This document shows positions 40,666 through 50,973 of a stretch of DNA of 64,000 nucleotides, piece by piece. The notes under the pieces are model-generated. The model made no database searches. It was not told the DNA's origin and saw nothing but the letters and a program-made list of their open reading frames with translations. The first letter of the stretch is position 1. Each line of letters begins with the position of its first letter. This DNA comes from Acidobacteriota bacterium (lineage in GTDB: Bacteria; Acidobacteriota; UBA6911). The translations under genes were made by a program, and so were the position numbers. The stretch lies in contig OY761556.1 in NCBI GenBank assembly GCA_963664705.1, forward strand, positions 3,488,001-3,552,000, read 5' to 3'.

Positions 40666-43545
40666 TCAGGCATCTGTGAGCTTTGAATGGGCCATCGGAT
40701 TGCTCTCAATAGCACCCCTCACTTTAGTAGCCAATTCCTGTATGCTGAATGGTTTTGCAAGGAAATGTATCCCTGGCTCCAGAACACCGTGATTCGCTAT
40801 GACAGTATCCGTATAGCCGGACATAAACAAACATTTGATATCCGGGCGAACGATCTTTAGCCTCTTCGCCAATTCCTTGCCGTTCATCTCCGGCATGATT
40901 AGGTCTGTTATCAATAGCTGAATGGTGCCGGCATGTTTCTCGGCCAGTTGAATCGCCATCCGCGGTGTCTCAGCCGCCAGCACAATATACCCCAGCCGCT
41001 CAAGCGCCGTTTTCCCCAGTTTCAAAATTGAACTCTCATCCTCGACCAGCAGAAGCGTCTCGCTTCCATGAGGTTCACTATCTCTCAAAGTGTTTTCCCG
41101 AACCTCGATTTCTTCCTGCTTCATTTCCCGAGGTATATATATTTTGAAGGTTGTTCCTTTCCCTGGTTCGCTATGAACATTGATGAAGCCTTTATTCTGT
41201 CTGACGATTCCATATACCGTGGATAATCCAAGACCGGTGCCGCGTCCCAGTTCTTTGGTAGTAAAAAACGGCTCGAAAATTTGGGTCAGCGTCTCCTTAT
41301 TCATCCCGCAGCCGCTGTCGCTTACTGCCAGCATTGCAAACTCGCCTGGCTGAAAATCCGATTGGGTATCATCCAATGCTCTATCAAGCTCGATATTTTT
41401 TGTCTCGATTGTAATCCTACCGATGCCATTGATAGAGTCGCGCGCGTTAACGCAGAGATTAGCCAGCACCTGATCAATCTGCGAGGGATCCATTCGAACC
41501 GGCCATAACTGAGAGTCCGGATGCCAGACCAGCTCAATATCCTCTCCGATAAGGCGCCTCAGCATCTTCAGCATCCCATCGATGGTATGGTTCAAATCGA
41601 GAATCTTTGGAACGATGGTTTGCCTGCGGGCAAAAGCAAGAAGCTGGCGAGTAATGCGAGCGGATTTCCCGGCAGCGTCCTGGATGGCGCTTAGGTCGGC
41701 ATGCAGCGGCAATCCCGGCTCCGCTTCGGCCAGCAACATCTCAGTGTGTCCAAGGATCACAGTCAGCATGTTGTTGAAATCGTGCGCTACACCGCCCGCC
41801 AGACGCCCCACGGACTCCATTTTCTGCGCCTGCATCAGTTGGGCTGTTAATTGCTGATGCTCAGTAATATCGCGCTTAACCGCAACAAATTGAATGATCC
41901 TGCCCGAAGCATCGCATACCGGCGAGATCGTGGCTTCCTCCGCATAGCGTTCACCGCTCCTCTTGCAGTTGATAAATTCGCCTTTCCAGGTTTTGCCGGA
42001 GGTGATTGTTTTCCACAAATTGCGATAAAATTCATTATTTTGCGCGCCGCTTTTCAATATGCGCGGATTTTTGCCGATCACTTCTGCGCACGTATAGCCC
42101 GTCACGGACTCAAAAGCGGGATTAACGTACTCGATGCGTCCATCCAAATTTGTGATACAGACGGCTTCGCCCGCCTGTTCAATGGCCGCAAGCAGACGCT
42201 CTCGCTCGACTTCAGCTCGCTTGCGGTCTGCAATATCATGCACAATGGAATGAAAGACCTCCTTGCCGGTCGTCACAATGCGGCTGCTGAACACTTCCAC
42301 ATCCCGAATGGAGCCATCCGCCCGGCGATGGCAAAACTCAAAATGAATTCGGTTTTGATCTTTGATCTTCTGCATCGCTTTGCGAATGTCCTCAGGCGGA
42401 AGCGTATTGATGTTTTGGATATTCATTTGCATCAAGCGCTCGCGGGGCCAGCCATAGTATTGGGTGGCCGCCTCATTGACATCCAGTATTGATCCTGTTT
42501 CAGGATCCATGATCATTTGGACCGCAGCATGGTCTTGGAATAACCGACGATATGTTTCTTCGCTCTCCCGCAAGGCTTGCTGAGTCCGATAGGTCTCGGT
42601 CACATCTCGAAAAACCAGCACCACACCGCTCACATCTCCGTTTTCATGACGAATAGGGGCAGCAGTGCTGGTAATGTGCCGTTCCGTTCCGTCGCTCGCT
42701 ACAAGTATGCTGTGATTCGCCCAACCGGAAGTTGTGTCCGTGCGCAACACCGTCTCTACTGGATTGAGATCAGCCTCCTGCGTATCGGTATGCTTGATCT
42801 TAAAGACCTCCGCCAAATTTTTCCCACGCGCGGCCTCACTGGACCAGCCGATGAGGCGTTCCGCTTCCGGATTCATAAGGACGATCCGACCTTCTGGATC
42901 AGTCGATATGACTGCTTCCCCCATGGACTGAAGAGTCACTTCGAGATTTTGCTTGGTTTTGCGCAGCTCCTCCACCGAGCGTGAAGCAAATGCCTGGTCG
43001 GCCAGAACCTTGCCGCCAAGAATGGTAGCTAGGGGATACAGCAATATCACTGGAAGACCAATATTATGTAAAGTCGGCAGGATGGATTTGGCAGGCAACA
43101 CAAAAATCATCGCAATCATGGCAACATGCACCGCAAGGCCGAAGATGTAAAGAGTTCTGACGGATACGCCCGATTCGGGTTTGACCCTGAAATGTGCGAC
43201 AATGCCAATGCTCATTGAGGACAGAATTACTAGCACTCCCATCACCGTCCCCATACCGCCAATCCATACCCGGCAGCCTATGGGCATCACCACCGCGGCA
43301 ACCGCCGCCCAGGGACCAAAATAGAGGGCGCATAGGCTTATCATTACGGATCGTCCATCAAAGATCAGCCCTGCTCCCAAATCCAGCGGTCTCAGCATTC
43401 CCACAACTGCGGCACCACCAAAGAGCATGCCTTGCAAAATCTCAGCCAATCGTCCCCTTTGGGGCTTATGTTTTTCAATGAAGCCGGAGATGATGCTGAG
43501 CGCCACCAGCAGCGCCAGGTTGAAGACCAAATTGAGGTAAATCAT
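40666..43545 (-). CDS. Hybrid sensor kinase: 5TM-LytS-type membrane domain, three PAS domains, HisKA/HATPase, REC
   Basis: 'GLIFDGRSV' LytS-like membrane region; PAS motifs; 'QAQKMESVGRLAGGVAHDFNN', 'NLCVNARD', 'FEPFFTTK..GRGTGLGL', 'LLITDLIMPEMNG'. Confidence 0.93.
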   Translation of the reverse strand: MIYLNLVFNLALLVALSIISGFIEKHKPQRGRLAEILQGMLFGGAAVVGMLRPLDLGAGLIFDGRSVMISLCALYFGPWAAVAAVVMPIGCRVWIGGMGTVMGVLVILSSMSIGIVAHFRVKPESGVSVRTLYIFGLAVHVAMIAMIFVLPAKSILPTLHNIGLPVILLYPLATILGGKVLADQAFASRSVEELRKTKQNLEVTLQSMGEAVISTDPEGRIVLMNPEAERLIGWSSEAARGKNLAEVFKIKHTDTQEADLNPVETVLRTDTTSGWANHSILVASDGTERHITSTAAPIRHENGDVSGVVLVFRDVTETYRTQQALRESEETYRRLFQDHAAVQMIMDPETGSILDVNEAATQYYGWPRERLMQMNIQNINTLPPEDIRKAMQKIKDQNRIHFEFCHRRADGSIRDVEVFSSRIVTTGKEVFHSIVHDIADRKRAEVERERLLAAIEQAGEAVCITNLDGRIEYVNPAFESVTGYTCAEVIGKNPRILKSGAQNNEFYRNLWKTITSGKTWKGEFINCKRSGERYAEEATISPVCDASGRIIQFVAVKRDITEHQQLTAQLMQAQKMESVGRLAGGVAHDFNNMLTVILGHTEMLLAEAEPGLPLHADLSAIQDAAGKSARITRQLLAFARRQTIVPKILDLNHTIDGMLKMLRRLIGEDIELVWHPDSQLWPVRMDPSQIDQVLANLCVNARDSINGIGRITIETKNIELDRALDDTQSDFQPGEFAMLAVSDSGCGMNKETLTQIFEPFFTTKELGRGTGLGLSTVYGIVRQNKGFINVHSEPGKGTTFKIYIPREMKQEEIEVRENTLRDSEPHGSETLLLVEDESSILKLGKTALERLGYIVLAAETPRMAIQLAEKHAGTIQLLITDLIMPEMNGKELAKRLKIVRPDIKCLFMSGYTDTVIANHGVLEPGIHFLAKPFSIQELATKVRGAIESNPMAHSKLTDA

Positions 43546-43794
43546 GCTTGCCTTCTCCCGAGAGGGCGTATGAGCAGTGGCTGTCGCCAGGATCCACAAA
43601 ACTTGCTAAGGCATAGCTATGCCTTCATCAATACAAGAACGCAAATAAGTGGAGGTCGCCTACTCAGTGCTGCTGATTTTTTGTCAGGCTTTACCCGCTT
43701 GGGTTATCGACATTTTCCGTGTAACGAATTAACAGGAATACAGAGGAGCGAGCAATTGCCCTTTCTCAAAAAAGGTGGACGAAGGGGACGTCCC

Positions 43795-44277
43795 TTAAGA
43801 CTGCCAGTAGGTGCGGTCGAGCGTGCGGTATTGGATAGCCTCGGAGACATGGCGGGCAAGAATCTTGTCCATGCCGTCCAGGTCGGCCATGGTCCTGGAG
43901 ACGCGCAGAATGCGGTCATACGCGCGCGCGGATAAACCAAGCTTTGTGATGGCATTCTCCATCTGTTTTTCCGACTCGGCATCCAGACTGCAAAAACGAC
44001 GAATCGTGCGCGCTGTCATCTGGGCGTTGCAGTAGATGCCAAAAGCCTCCAGTCGTTTGCACTGGGCATTCCGCGCGGCCAGGATGCGGCCACGAATTAC
44101 CGTGGACTCCTCACATTTATCATCCTGCGCCAATTCCTTGTATTTGACGGCCGGAACCTGGATATGTAAATCGATTCTGTCGAGCAAAGGCCCGGACACT
44201 CTTGCCAGGTATCGCTGAATCAGCGGCGGCGTGCAGGTGCAGTCGTGCTGCGTATCGCCAAAATACCCGCACTGGCA
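43795..44277 (-). pseudogene. comM: Orphan 3' fragment of comM (direct repeat copy 1, 483 bp)
   Basis: Matches 51414-51896 with 7 mismatches by my manual alignment. It starts at the CQCG codons and runs to the stop; no 5' half is attached. Confidence 0.95.
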
Positions 44278-44285
44278 TAGATGCG

Positions 44286-44705
44286 TTGCCTTTTTGCAGC
44301 TTAACCTTAAAGGCGAAGGTACCGCTATCCAAGCATTACCCTAAGCAAATCAATAGCTTAGGAGACCACCTTAGGAAGAGAAGATTGGACCTGCAGCTCC
44401 TTCAGAAGGAAGTCGCGGAGAAAATTGGAGTTGATACGTCTACCATTCACAATTGGGAGAAGCAACACACGCAGCCGGAAATACGGTTCGTTGCCCGGAT
44501 CATTGAATTCCTTGGATATGACCCGCTACCGCAGCCGGAATCATTTCCGGAGAAGTTGAAAACGCACCGATTAAGGCTGGGGCTGTCACAACGGAAGCTG
44601 GCAGCAAAACTCGGAGTGGATCCGAGCACGATCTATCACTGGGAATTAGGCAGCCACAAACCGGTAGAGGTCTTTTGCAGGTTGTTGGAAAGACTCCTGA
44701 AATAA
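44286..44705 (+). CDS. Tandem XRE-family HTH protein (two HTH_3-like domains); start uncertain
   Basis: 'LGDHLRKRRLDLQLLQKEVAEKIGVDTSTIHNWEK' and 'LKTHRLRLGLSQRKLAAKLGVDPSTIYHWE'. The frame is open across the comM junction; the first in-island start codon is TTG 44286. Confidence 0.8.
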   Translation: MPFCSLTLKAKVPLSKHYPKQINSLGDHLRKRRLDLQLLQKEVAEKIGVDTSTIHNWEKQHTQPEIRFVARIIEFLGYDPLPQPESFPEKLKTHRLRLGLSQRKLAAKLGVDPSTIYHWELGSHKPVEVFCRLLERLLK

Positions 44706-44841
44706 TGACAGTAAAAGAGAGAAGCCAAATCGAGGCCAAGAGGATTTATTGGAACAAACGTAACCGGGCCCAAATTGCGCGGTTGGGCAAATCATGCCCA
44801 TGCACCGCCTCCCTCGTCTTCCGGAGGGCCAAACACTTTGT

Positions 44842-44922
44842 TTAACAGGTTTCCGATGGACTGAACCCACTCCCAGTGAGACCATCTGAATCCACCAGAT
44901 CAGAATCATTTCTGACGTAAGC
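44842..44922 (-). pseudogene. Degenerate orphan RHS core-tip fragment
   Basis: Reads AYVRNDSDLVDSDG versus AYVRNDPLNRVDADG in the RHS gene; 15 identical nt (44905-44919 = 46203-46217). Confidence 0.6.
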
Positions 44923-45008
44923 TGGTTTTTGCGCAACGGAATCAAGCCTGCGCTACGCGATCGAATTCTGTAGGAAGCCATCCATGCCGCGTAGAGACTA
45001 GGCTTGCA

Positions 45009-45443
45009 TTAGGGATACTCAAGGCGCCGAGTTAGAATAATCATTTCTCTCGGGTTTGCTGTTGGGGCAATCTCATTCTTTCCCTCACTCACCATCCTCC
45101 TAACCACCCCCTTTTGAACCAATTCTCTTGTCTTTAGTATAAATCGCTGGTCACGGTCTGACTGCCACCACTTAGAACTTAGCGCAACGAGAAAACTGAC
45201 ATACCTTGGTGCGGGAGAAGGAAAGTTAATTTGAGCGGCTCCTTTGTCATCCGTAATTAGGATGACAGGCGATATGTAGTTAGCAGGAGTTTTATCCTCT
45301 TTTTCATACATTAGAGATATTGAAACTCGCTGACTTGGCAATGGATTCCCAGTTTCTACGTCGATGATGCGAACCGTTATTGTCTGCCCTAAACAGACTG
45401 GGACAAACAATAAATACAAAAGGTATAGAGCTGGCCGACTCAT
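45009..45443 (-). CDS. Exported protein, probable cognate immunity protein of the RHS toxin
   Basis: Strong AGGAGG RBS, signal peptide, small beta-rich domain ('ITVRIIDVETGNPLP...TDDKG'); lies directly downstream of the toxin with similarly low GC. Confidence 0.6.
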   Translation of the reverse strand: MSRPALYLLYLLFVPVCLGQTITVRIIDVETGNPLPSQRVSISLMYEKEDKTPANYISPVILITDDKGAAQINFPSPAPRYVSFLVALSSKWWQSDRDQRFILKTRELVQKGVVRRMVSEGKNEIAPTANPREMIILTRRLEYP

Positions 45444-45533
45444 TAATTCCTCCTAAAAAGGCAATTGTCGGTTGGTGTAACGGGTGTCGTAACTGGCCGG
45501 CATTCGCCGACGTTTAGGAAAACCATTTTCCCA

Positions 45534-48500
45534 TTAGTTTAGGTTCGTTCCATGACAATGCTCCCTTAGCTTGTCATCCCAATAGCCACTTGCATCAAGC
45601 GTATTCTCATCCAATGATTTCTGCGGATTACTAACCCATCCCAATACTGAGGCGATAGCAATATCTCCACTATTTAAGCCAATATGAATGCCCTCGTGTA
45701 AAACTGTTGCCCCCATTTCAACTGACAAGAAAACCGCGGGATCAAAAGCCGGTTTCCAGAGATCAATGGTCCACGTGTCCAGATTTGCAGTGGCCGTGGC
45801 ATTTTCTTGCCATTTATGATGGAATTGGTTAGGGTGTGAGACAATATTATAATCAAATTGCTGGAAGTCTGAAAAACGCTGATTTGCGTAGTACTCTCCC
45901 TGATATTTGTATATCGAATTGAAAAGTCCCATAACAAAGGACCCACAATCAGAGCTGATGTCACTAACCCATGATTTTGCGATCGATTCACCTGAATCAA
46001 CGAGTGTTTTCACAGGATCGGCCGGAATCGCTGGGATCTGTATTACTGGCTGAGGCGGTTGCATGCTATAAGCAAAGGCATACCAGTACAGTGCACTTCG
46101 TGCCATGAAATCGCTAAAATCAACTGGAGGGTTGTATTCGCTGGAACCAAGCCATCCAAGCGGGTTCCAAAACTTTCCATCCGCATCAACCCTATTTAGA
46201 GGATCATTTCTGACGTACGCGTACTTGTTCAGCGACTGCGGGTCGTAGATGTGCGCCGTCAAAGGATCCGGCGAGGTCCATCGCATTAGCGAGGTATTGT
46301 AGTACCTGGCACCGAAGTCCTTCAGACCTGTCTCCTCATCCACCTTGTGGCCGGGATATTGATCCGAGCCGCCGGAACCAAATGCCCTGGAATAAAAGCC
46401 GCTATCAACGATCTGGCTTCCGATTGTAACAACCTCCTCCTGCCGGTGATTCCTTCCCGGCCATTTGAGATTATCCACCACCGTGTAGCCAAAGCTGTTG
46501 TTCGTATAGCCCCTGGTGCGCCGCGCAACAAGCGCCGAGTTCATATAGATATTGTTCGTATATGTATTTTCATACGTCTGCCACGACGCGCTCTCCACCT
46601 TGTATTCGGCAAGGATTTCATTCCCGTTCCCATAAACATACGAATAGCTAACCGAGCGCTGTTCCCCATAATAATAATAGTTCCAGCTCTTTTTCACCCT
46701 GCGGCCCAGCGCATCGTACCGGTACGCTCCCAGCAACGCGCTATCCGACGTGCGATTCACTTGCCTGATCAGGCTGTTGGCATTGTAAAGGTACGAATTG
46801 GCTGCATCCTGAAGCTGGTTGCCCGACTGATCATAGTAAGATGCATACGCTGCAAGCCGGTTGTTCTGGTCATTGGCGGTCCCACTCACGTTCCCGTACC
46901 TGTCATAGCTCCAGTTGCTGCTCCACTCTGTTCCGTTCGCCGACTGCAGAGTTTCCGCCGACAACCGCCCCAATCGATCGTACCCATACGTCGACCATTT
47001 CGATTCCAGGCTATTGCCGTAAGCATCTTTTTTCGTGTAGTCGACCCGAGAGATCCGGTTGGATAGCGTGTACGAATAATTCAGGTCATATTCGTGGGGA
47101 GTCCCCCACATGCTATTCGGAACCGTTATCCGGATGATCGAAAGCCTCCCATAACTATCCGTAACATGTTCTTCCGAGCTGGTTCCGTAAGAAATCAGCG
47201 AAACCGATCCATCCACCAGCGCGTAGTCGACATCCGTGACATAGGTTCGGCTTGTCCCGGAAATGACAGTATCCACTATTCCCGTCGCTCGTCCGATTGG
47301 ATCGCGCGTGTATGTGATCTCATTGCCGTCAGGATAGGTCATACTTTGTAGATCCTTCTTCGAGCATCCGCAGCCAGCCGGCGTGTAGCTATAGTTTACA
47401 GGATAATTTGTGGAGTCCATACGCATGATCTGCTGCGTCACCCGGCCTCCCTGGTCGTAGCTCCAGCTATAACCGACACTCTCTCCCGTAATCTGAAGAC
47501 TGCTGTTGACCGTCCAGGCGCTCGTCATTCGCCCCTGCCCGTTTGTTATCAGACCTATCAGACTCGAACTCGATTCATCGTAACTCATCAGTGACCATGG
47601 AGTGCCGTCCGAATAGGACGTAACCAGCAACCGGTTCAGAGCATCATAGCTGTAGCCCGTGACGACACCCCGGGCATCCGTCTTCTGCGTCACGTTCCCG
47701 TTATCATCATAGACAAACGTTACCGTTCCGCTCTCGGGATTGGTTTCCGCTATCTTTCTGCCCAGGCTGTTGTATCCATAGGTCCTCACTTGAACCCCCT
47801 GCAGGATTTGTATCAGCCGGCCCGGAATATCATAGGAATATACGGTCTCAGGTCCCCAGTTCCCGTTGGAATCCTCCTCGATCACCTTTAGAATCTGCCC
47901 GGACTCATTGTGTTCCGTCCTTTTTCTTCGTCCCTCCTGATCGGTCGCTGTGGTTACGTTTCCCACATATTGATACGTTATCTGGCCGCCCGTTGCCGGG
48001 CTTATGCTGGTAATCCTGCCCAGCACATCATAGCTGTAGGTCGTAAACGCCGCCGTGCCCCCACGGCTGGGCAGCCACTTCTTCGTGGCCCGGCCATGAG
48101 CATCGTAGTCCGCTTTTTCATAAATGCTGTTTTCCGACGGGATCTCCTTCTGCGTTTTGATCGTGTTGCCCGAAGGATTGCTGTCAAAATAGGAATAACC
48201 CGATGAGTTGTTGGTGGTTACTTGGTAATCCTGATCATCATAAGAAAAATACGAATTTCCGGTCGGCGCCGATTGATTTACTTTTCTATTGAGCCCGTCA
48301 TAGGCATTGGTAACCTGGGCGCCGTTGGGGTCCGTCGTCGAATACAGATTCCCGGTCCACGCCGTACCAAGAAAACTCTCCCACTGGTACTGCGTCGTGT
48401 GATTCAGCGCATCGGTCGACGAGGCCGGATAGGGACCGACGGTATAGGAAATCGTGGACTGGCTGCCTTTGGGATCAACCTTCCTCACCACATTGCCAGC

Positions 48501-50291
48501 GATATCATATTGGGCATGAGACATAATCCATCGGGACTGCTCCTTGTACAGCGCTCCCGCACTGGTCGCGTTTCCCCGCGTCAAATATGCCGTCCAGTAT
48601 CCGGAATTGTGATTAACCGGATTATAGGCCATCGCCACTAAAGGATAAGCGCCATATTCGTCATAGGCGGTCTGTGTCCGGGTCAGCTCGACATTACCTG
48701 CGTTTCTTGTCGATACGGCCGACACCAGGTTGGTCAATCCCTGCGCAACATATTCCGGATGCGTCTCGTGCCAGTACTCCATTGCCGTTCTTCGAAGCAC
48801 CGAACCGCTGAACCCGGTTTCGACGGTTTCCTTCACATTGCCGGTCCCGTCGGCGGCGTAGGTCGTTGCCGTTTGCGTCGTTTTCCCATCGTCCAGCGTG
48901 GTTGTGGCAGACGTAATTCGCGGGTTCAGAACAAAAGTCTTCAGCGTATCGTCCTGACTCCAGGAATAACTCTGGGTTCTCAAAACAGTCTGCCCGTTAT
49001 AGGTTTTCCGCGTGACCGAGGTCGGCATGCCGTCAGACCAATTTGCTCCCGATGAGGTGTAGTTCAGGTTATAAATGGTTCGCCCGTCGATATCCGCCGC
49101 TACCTCAACAGAAGAGGGGTTGGATTTCGTCTGGTCAACGCTGTAGCTGATGGACCAGGTGGTGCTGGTTGTCGTCCCATTATTGTTAACGTACTCCGTC
49201 TTCTGAGACACCATTCTCTGGGGACGCCAGTTTGGAGTGCCGCCATCATAGATGCTGTTTGTTCCATAAGAATAGGCGACCCTGTCCCGGCTCGAGGTGG
49301 ATATCAGCGTCCATTGATAGGTATTATAATCATAGCCATACTCGCTGACGGAGTCGGTCACGACGGCCAGCTCGCCAAACTGATTGTACTGAAACACTTG
49401 TCCGAGACGTGTATTGCTCAAGCCTCCGCCATTAATTCCCGCCATCCATATCGAACTCAACACCTTTTCATTGGGGCCCGGGCTCTGAACCGTATAAGGA
49501 GACGGGAAGGACGGCGAAAGCGACGGTGTCGCGTATTGAAAATTAATCCATATGGGATAGCTCGCATGCATCACCCGGATGCTGCTGAGAAATCCATCCC
49601 CGCCATAGAAGAAAGTCATCTGCGGCACAGCCGTGTAAGGGTAGGTCGTTGTGTCGTATGAATTTCCCAGGCTGTCGTCAATCGAGGCCAGTTTCCCGGT
49701 GCCGGGCACATAGGTTGCAAATATCTGGTTTCCGTTTCGATCCCGAACTTCCGTTGCGTAGGAATTGGCCCCCACGGTATTTCCAAAAAACAGCTTTGTG
49801 CCTCCGACCATCGTCGCCACATTCGGATTGCCCGGCGTCAGCCGTATATAGGTGGAATCGACAGACCTCCAGTCGCCGCGTCCATAATCGGCTATCTCGT
49901 GCGAACTGCCGTCTGACATGACAAGTGTATAGCTGGATCTCCCTTGGACAAGGTATGGAAAGCCAAGCCGCCACCCCAATCCCACGGAACTTCCCAGTTC
50001 GGACAACCCCATCAGCGTGGTGCCGGTTCGCGTCCAGATCTTGCTGTTATAGGCCAATGACAGGGACAGATTCAAGCCGGCTCTGCCCGGTCGCGTCGGC
50101 AACGGCCTGCTGAAAACAATATTTCCGTTCACCAGGTTGATTTGTCCAAGTCCGCCCAGATAGGGAACAAATGAATACATCCCCTGCGCATTCATGCAGT
50201 CATAGGTTAATTCGGTTTCAATAAATGCGGTTCTTGTCGCGATGGGAAAAGTCAGGAATGCAATCAGAATGAGTAGGATTCGTTTTGTCAT
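45534..50291 (-). CDS. RHS/YD-repeat polymorphic toxin with signal peptide and C-terminal HExxH domain
   Basis: YD repeats (YDALNRL, YDALGRR), core 'DEETGLKDFGARYY...RWTSPDP...PQSLNKYAYVRNDPLNRVDADG', C-terminal 'TVLHEGIH'. Confidence 0.93.
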   Translation of the reverse strand: MTKRILLILIAFLTFPIATRTAFIETELTYDCMNAQGMYSFVPYLGGLGQINLVNGNIVFSRPLPTRPGRAGLNLSLSLAYNSKIWTRTGTTLMGLSELGSSVGLGWRLGFPYLVQGRSSYTLVMSDGSSHEIADYGRGDWRSVDSTYIRLTPGNPNVATMVGGTKLFFGNTVGANSYATEVRDRNGNQIFATYVPGTGKLASIDDSLGNSYDTTTYPYTAVPQMTFFYGGDGFLSSIRVMHASYPIWINFQYATPSLSPSFPSPYTVQSPGPNEKVLSSIWMAGINGGGLSNTRLGQVFQYNQFGELAVVTDSVSEYGYDYNTYQWTLISTSSRDRVAYSYGTNSIYDGGTPNWRPQRMVSQKTEYVNNNGTTTSTTWSISYSVDQTKSNPSSVEVAADIDGRTIYNLNYTSSGANWSDGMPTSVTRKTYNGQTVLRTQSYSWSQDDTLKTFVLNPRITSATTTLDDGKTTQTATTYAADGTGNVKETVETGFSGSVLRRTAMEYWHETHPEYVAQGLTNLVSAVSTRNAGNVELTRTQTAYDEYGAYPLVAMAYNPVNHNSGYWTAYLTRGNATSAGALYKEQSRWIMSHAQYDIAGNVVRKVDPKGSQSTISYTVGPYPASSTDALNHTTQYQWESFLGTAWTGNLYSTTDPNGAQVTNAYDGLNRKVNQSAPTGNSYFSYDDQDYQVTTNNSSGYSYFDSNPSGNTIKTQKEIPSENSIYEKADYDAHGRATKKWLPSRGGTAAFTTYSYDVLGRITSISPATGGQITYQYVGNVTTATDQEGRRKRTEHNESGQILKVIEEDSNGNWGPETVYSYDIPGRLIQILQGVQVRTYGYNSLGRKIAETNPESGTVTFVYDDNGNVTQKTDARGVVTGYSYDALNRLLVTSYSDGTPWSLMSYDESSSSLIGLITNGQGRMTSAWTVNSSLQITGESVGYSWSYDQGGRVTQQIMRMDSTNYPVNYSYTPAGCGCSKKDLQSMTYPDGNEITYTRDPIGRATGIVDTVISGTSRTYVTDVDYALVDGSVSLISYGTSSEEHVTDSYGRLSIIRITVPNSMWGTPHEYDLNYSYTLSNRISRVDYTKKDAYGNSLESKWSTYGYDRLGRLSAETLQSANGTEWSSNWSYDRYGNVSGTANDQNNRLAAYASYYDQSGNQLQDAANSYLYNANSLIRQVNRTSDSALLGAYRYDALGRRVKKSWNYYYYGEQRSVSYSYVYGNGNEILAEYKVESASWQTYENTYTNNIYMNSALVARRTRGYTNNSFGYTVVDNLKWPGRNHRQEEVVTIGSQIVDSGFYSRAFGSGGSDQYPGHKVDEETGLKDFGARYYNTSLMRWTSPDPLTAHIYDPQSLNKYAYVRNDPLNRVDADGKFWNPLGWLGSSEYNPPVDFSDFMARSALYWYAFAYSMQPPQPVIQIPAIPADPVKTLVDSGESIAKSWVSDISSDCGSFVMGLFNSIYKYQGEYYANQRFSDFQQFDYNIVSHPNQFHHKWQENATATANLDTWTIDLWKPAFDPAVFLSVEMGATVLHEGIHIGLNSGDIAIASVLGWVSNPQKSLDENTLDASGYWDDKLREHCHGTNLN

Positions 50292-50307
50292 GGCCCAGTT
50301 CTCCGCG

Positions 50308-50730
50308 CTATCTCGTGCGTTTCAGGACAATCACGTTTGACTTGAGGGTGGTGGAAGACAATTTGGCGGGCAAGCCTTCGGATAGGGCCCGGCTCCGGTC
50401 CAATGCCATGACCCGGACTTGATAGGATGCACCAATCCCGGTGCCATCCGATTTGCCGAAATGGCACAGGGCGCTCCATCGATACGCGCCCCCTTCTTCG
50501 TGAATGGTCGCGGGGAAAAGCCGCCAGGCCTTCAGGTGCGGCTCATGAACCAGCGCATAGATTATTTGATCGGGATTGTCGGTTGTTCCTTCTATCAACC
50601 CGCTGTAACCAACGGTCGTGCCTGCTTCCTCGATATTTTTCCGTTCGAGCTTATCAATTCTCAGGCTCGATTGAGCAAGGGCACTGCAACCAAACAGAAC
50701 AAGCGCAAGGCCAACCCAGAATGCTTTCAT
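50308..50730 (-). CDS. Hypothetical exported protein upstream of the RHS gene
   Basis: 'MKAFWVGLALVLFGCSALA' signal peptide after an AAGGAG RBS; beta-rich mature part; co-oriented 17 nt before RHS. Confidence 0.7.
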   Translation of the reverse strand: MKAFWVGLALVLFGCSALAQSSLRIDKLERKNIEEAGTTVGYSGLIEGTTDNPDQIIYALVHEPHLKAWRLFPATIHEEGGAYRWSALCHFGKSDGTGIGASYQVRVMALDRSRALSEGLPAKLSSTTLKSNVIVLKRTR

Positions 50731-50973
50731 GTCTCTCTCCTTAGCCTTTAAGGAACTGATAATTGCCATTTTGCGAGATTCCTGCTTTTGCTTTGCTTAT
50801 CAAAGGCATTCACATCACAAGCTTCGCTTCACAAGACACTATGCCATCCCAGAAGAAGCGGGCCGCTCTACGGCGCCGGATTAGTGCCGGAGCTTAATTA
50901 TTGCTGTAGCTAAATTCTTGATCGTGAACTCAGTTTTATGGCGGAAGTGAAAATCTGTCTAGCGCGGATTTCG

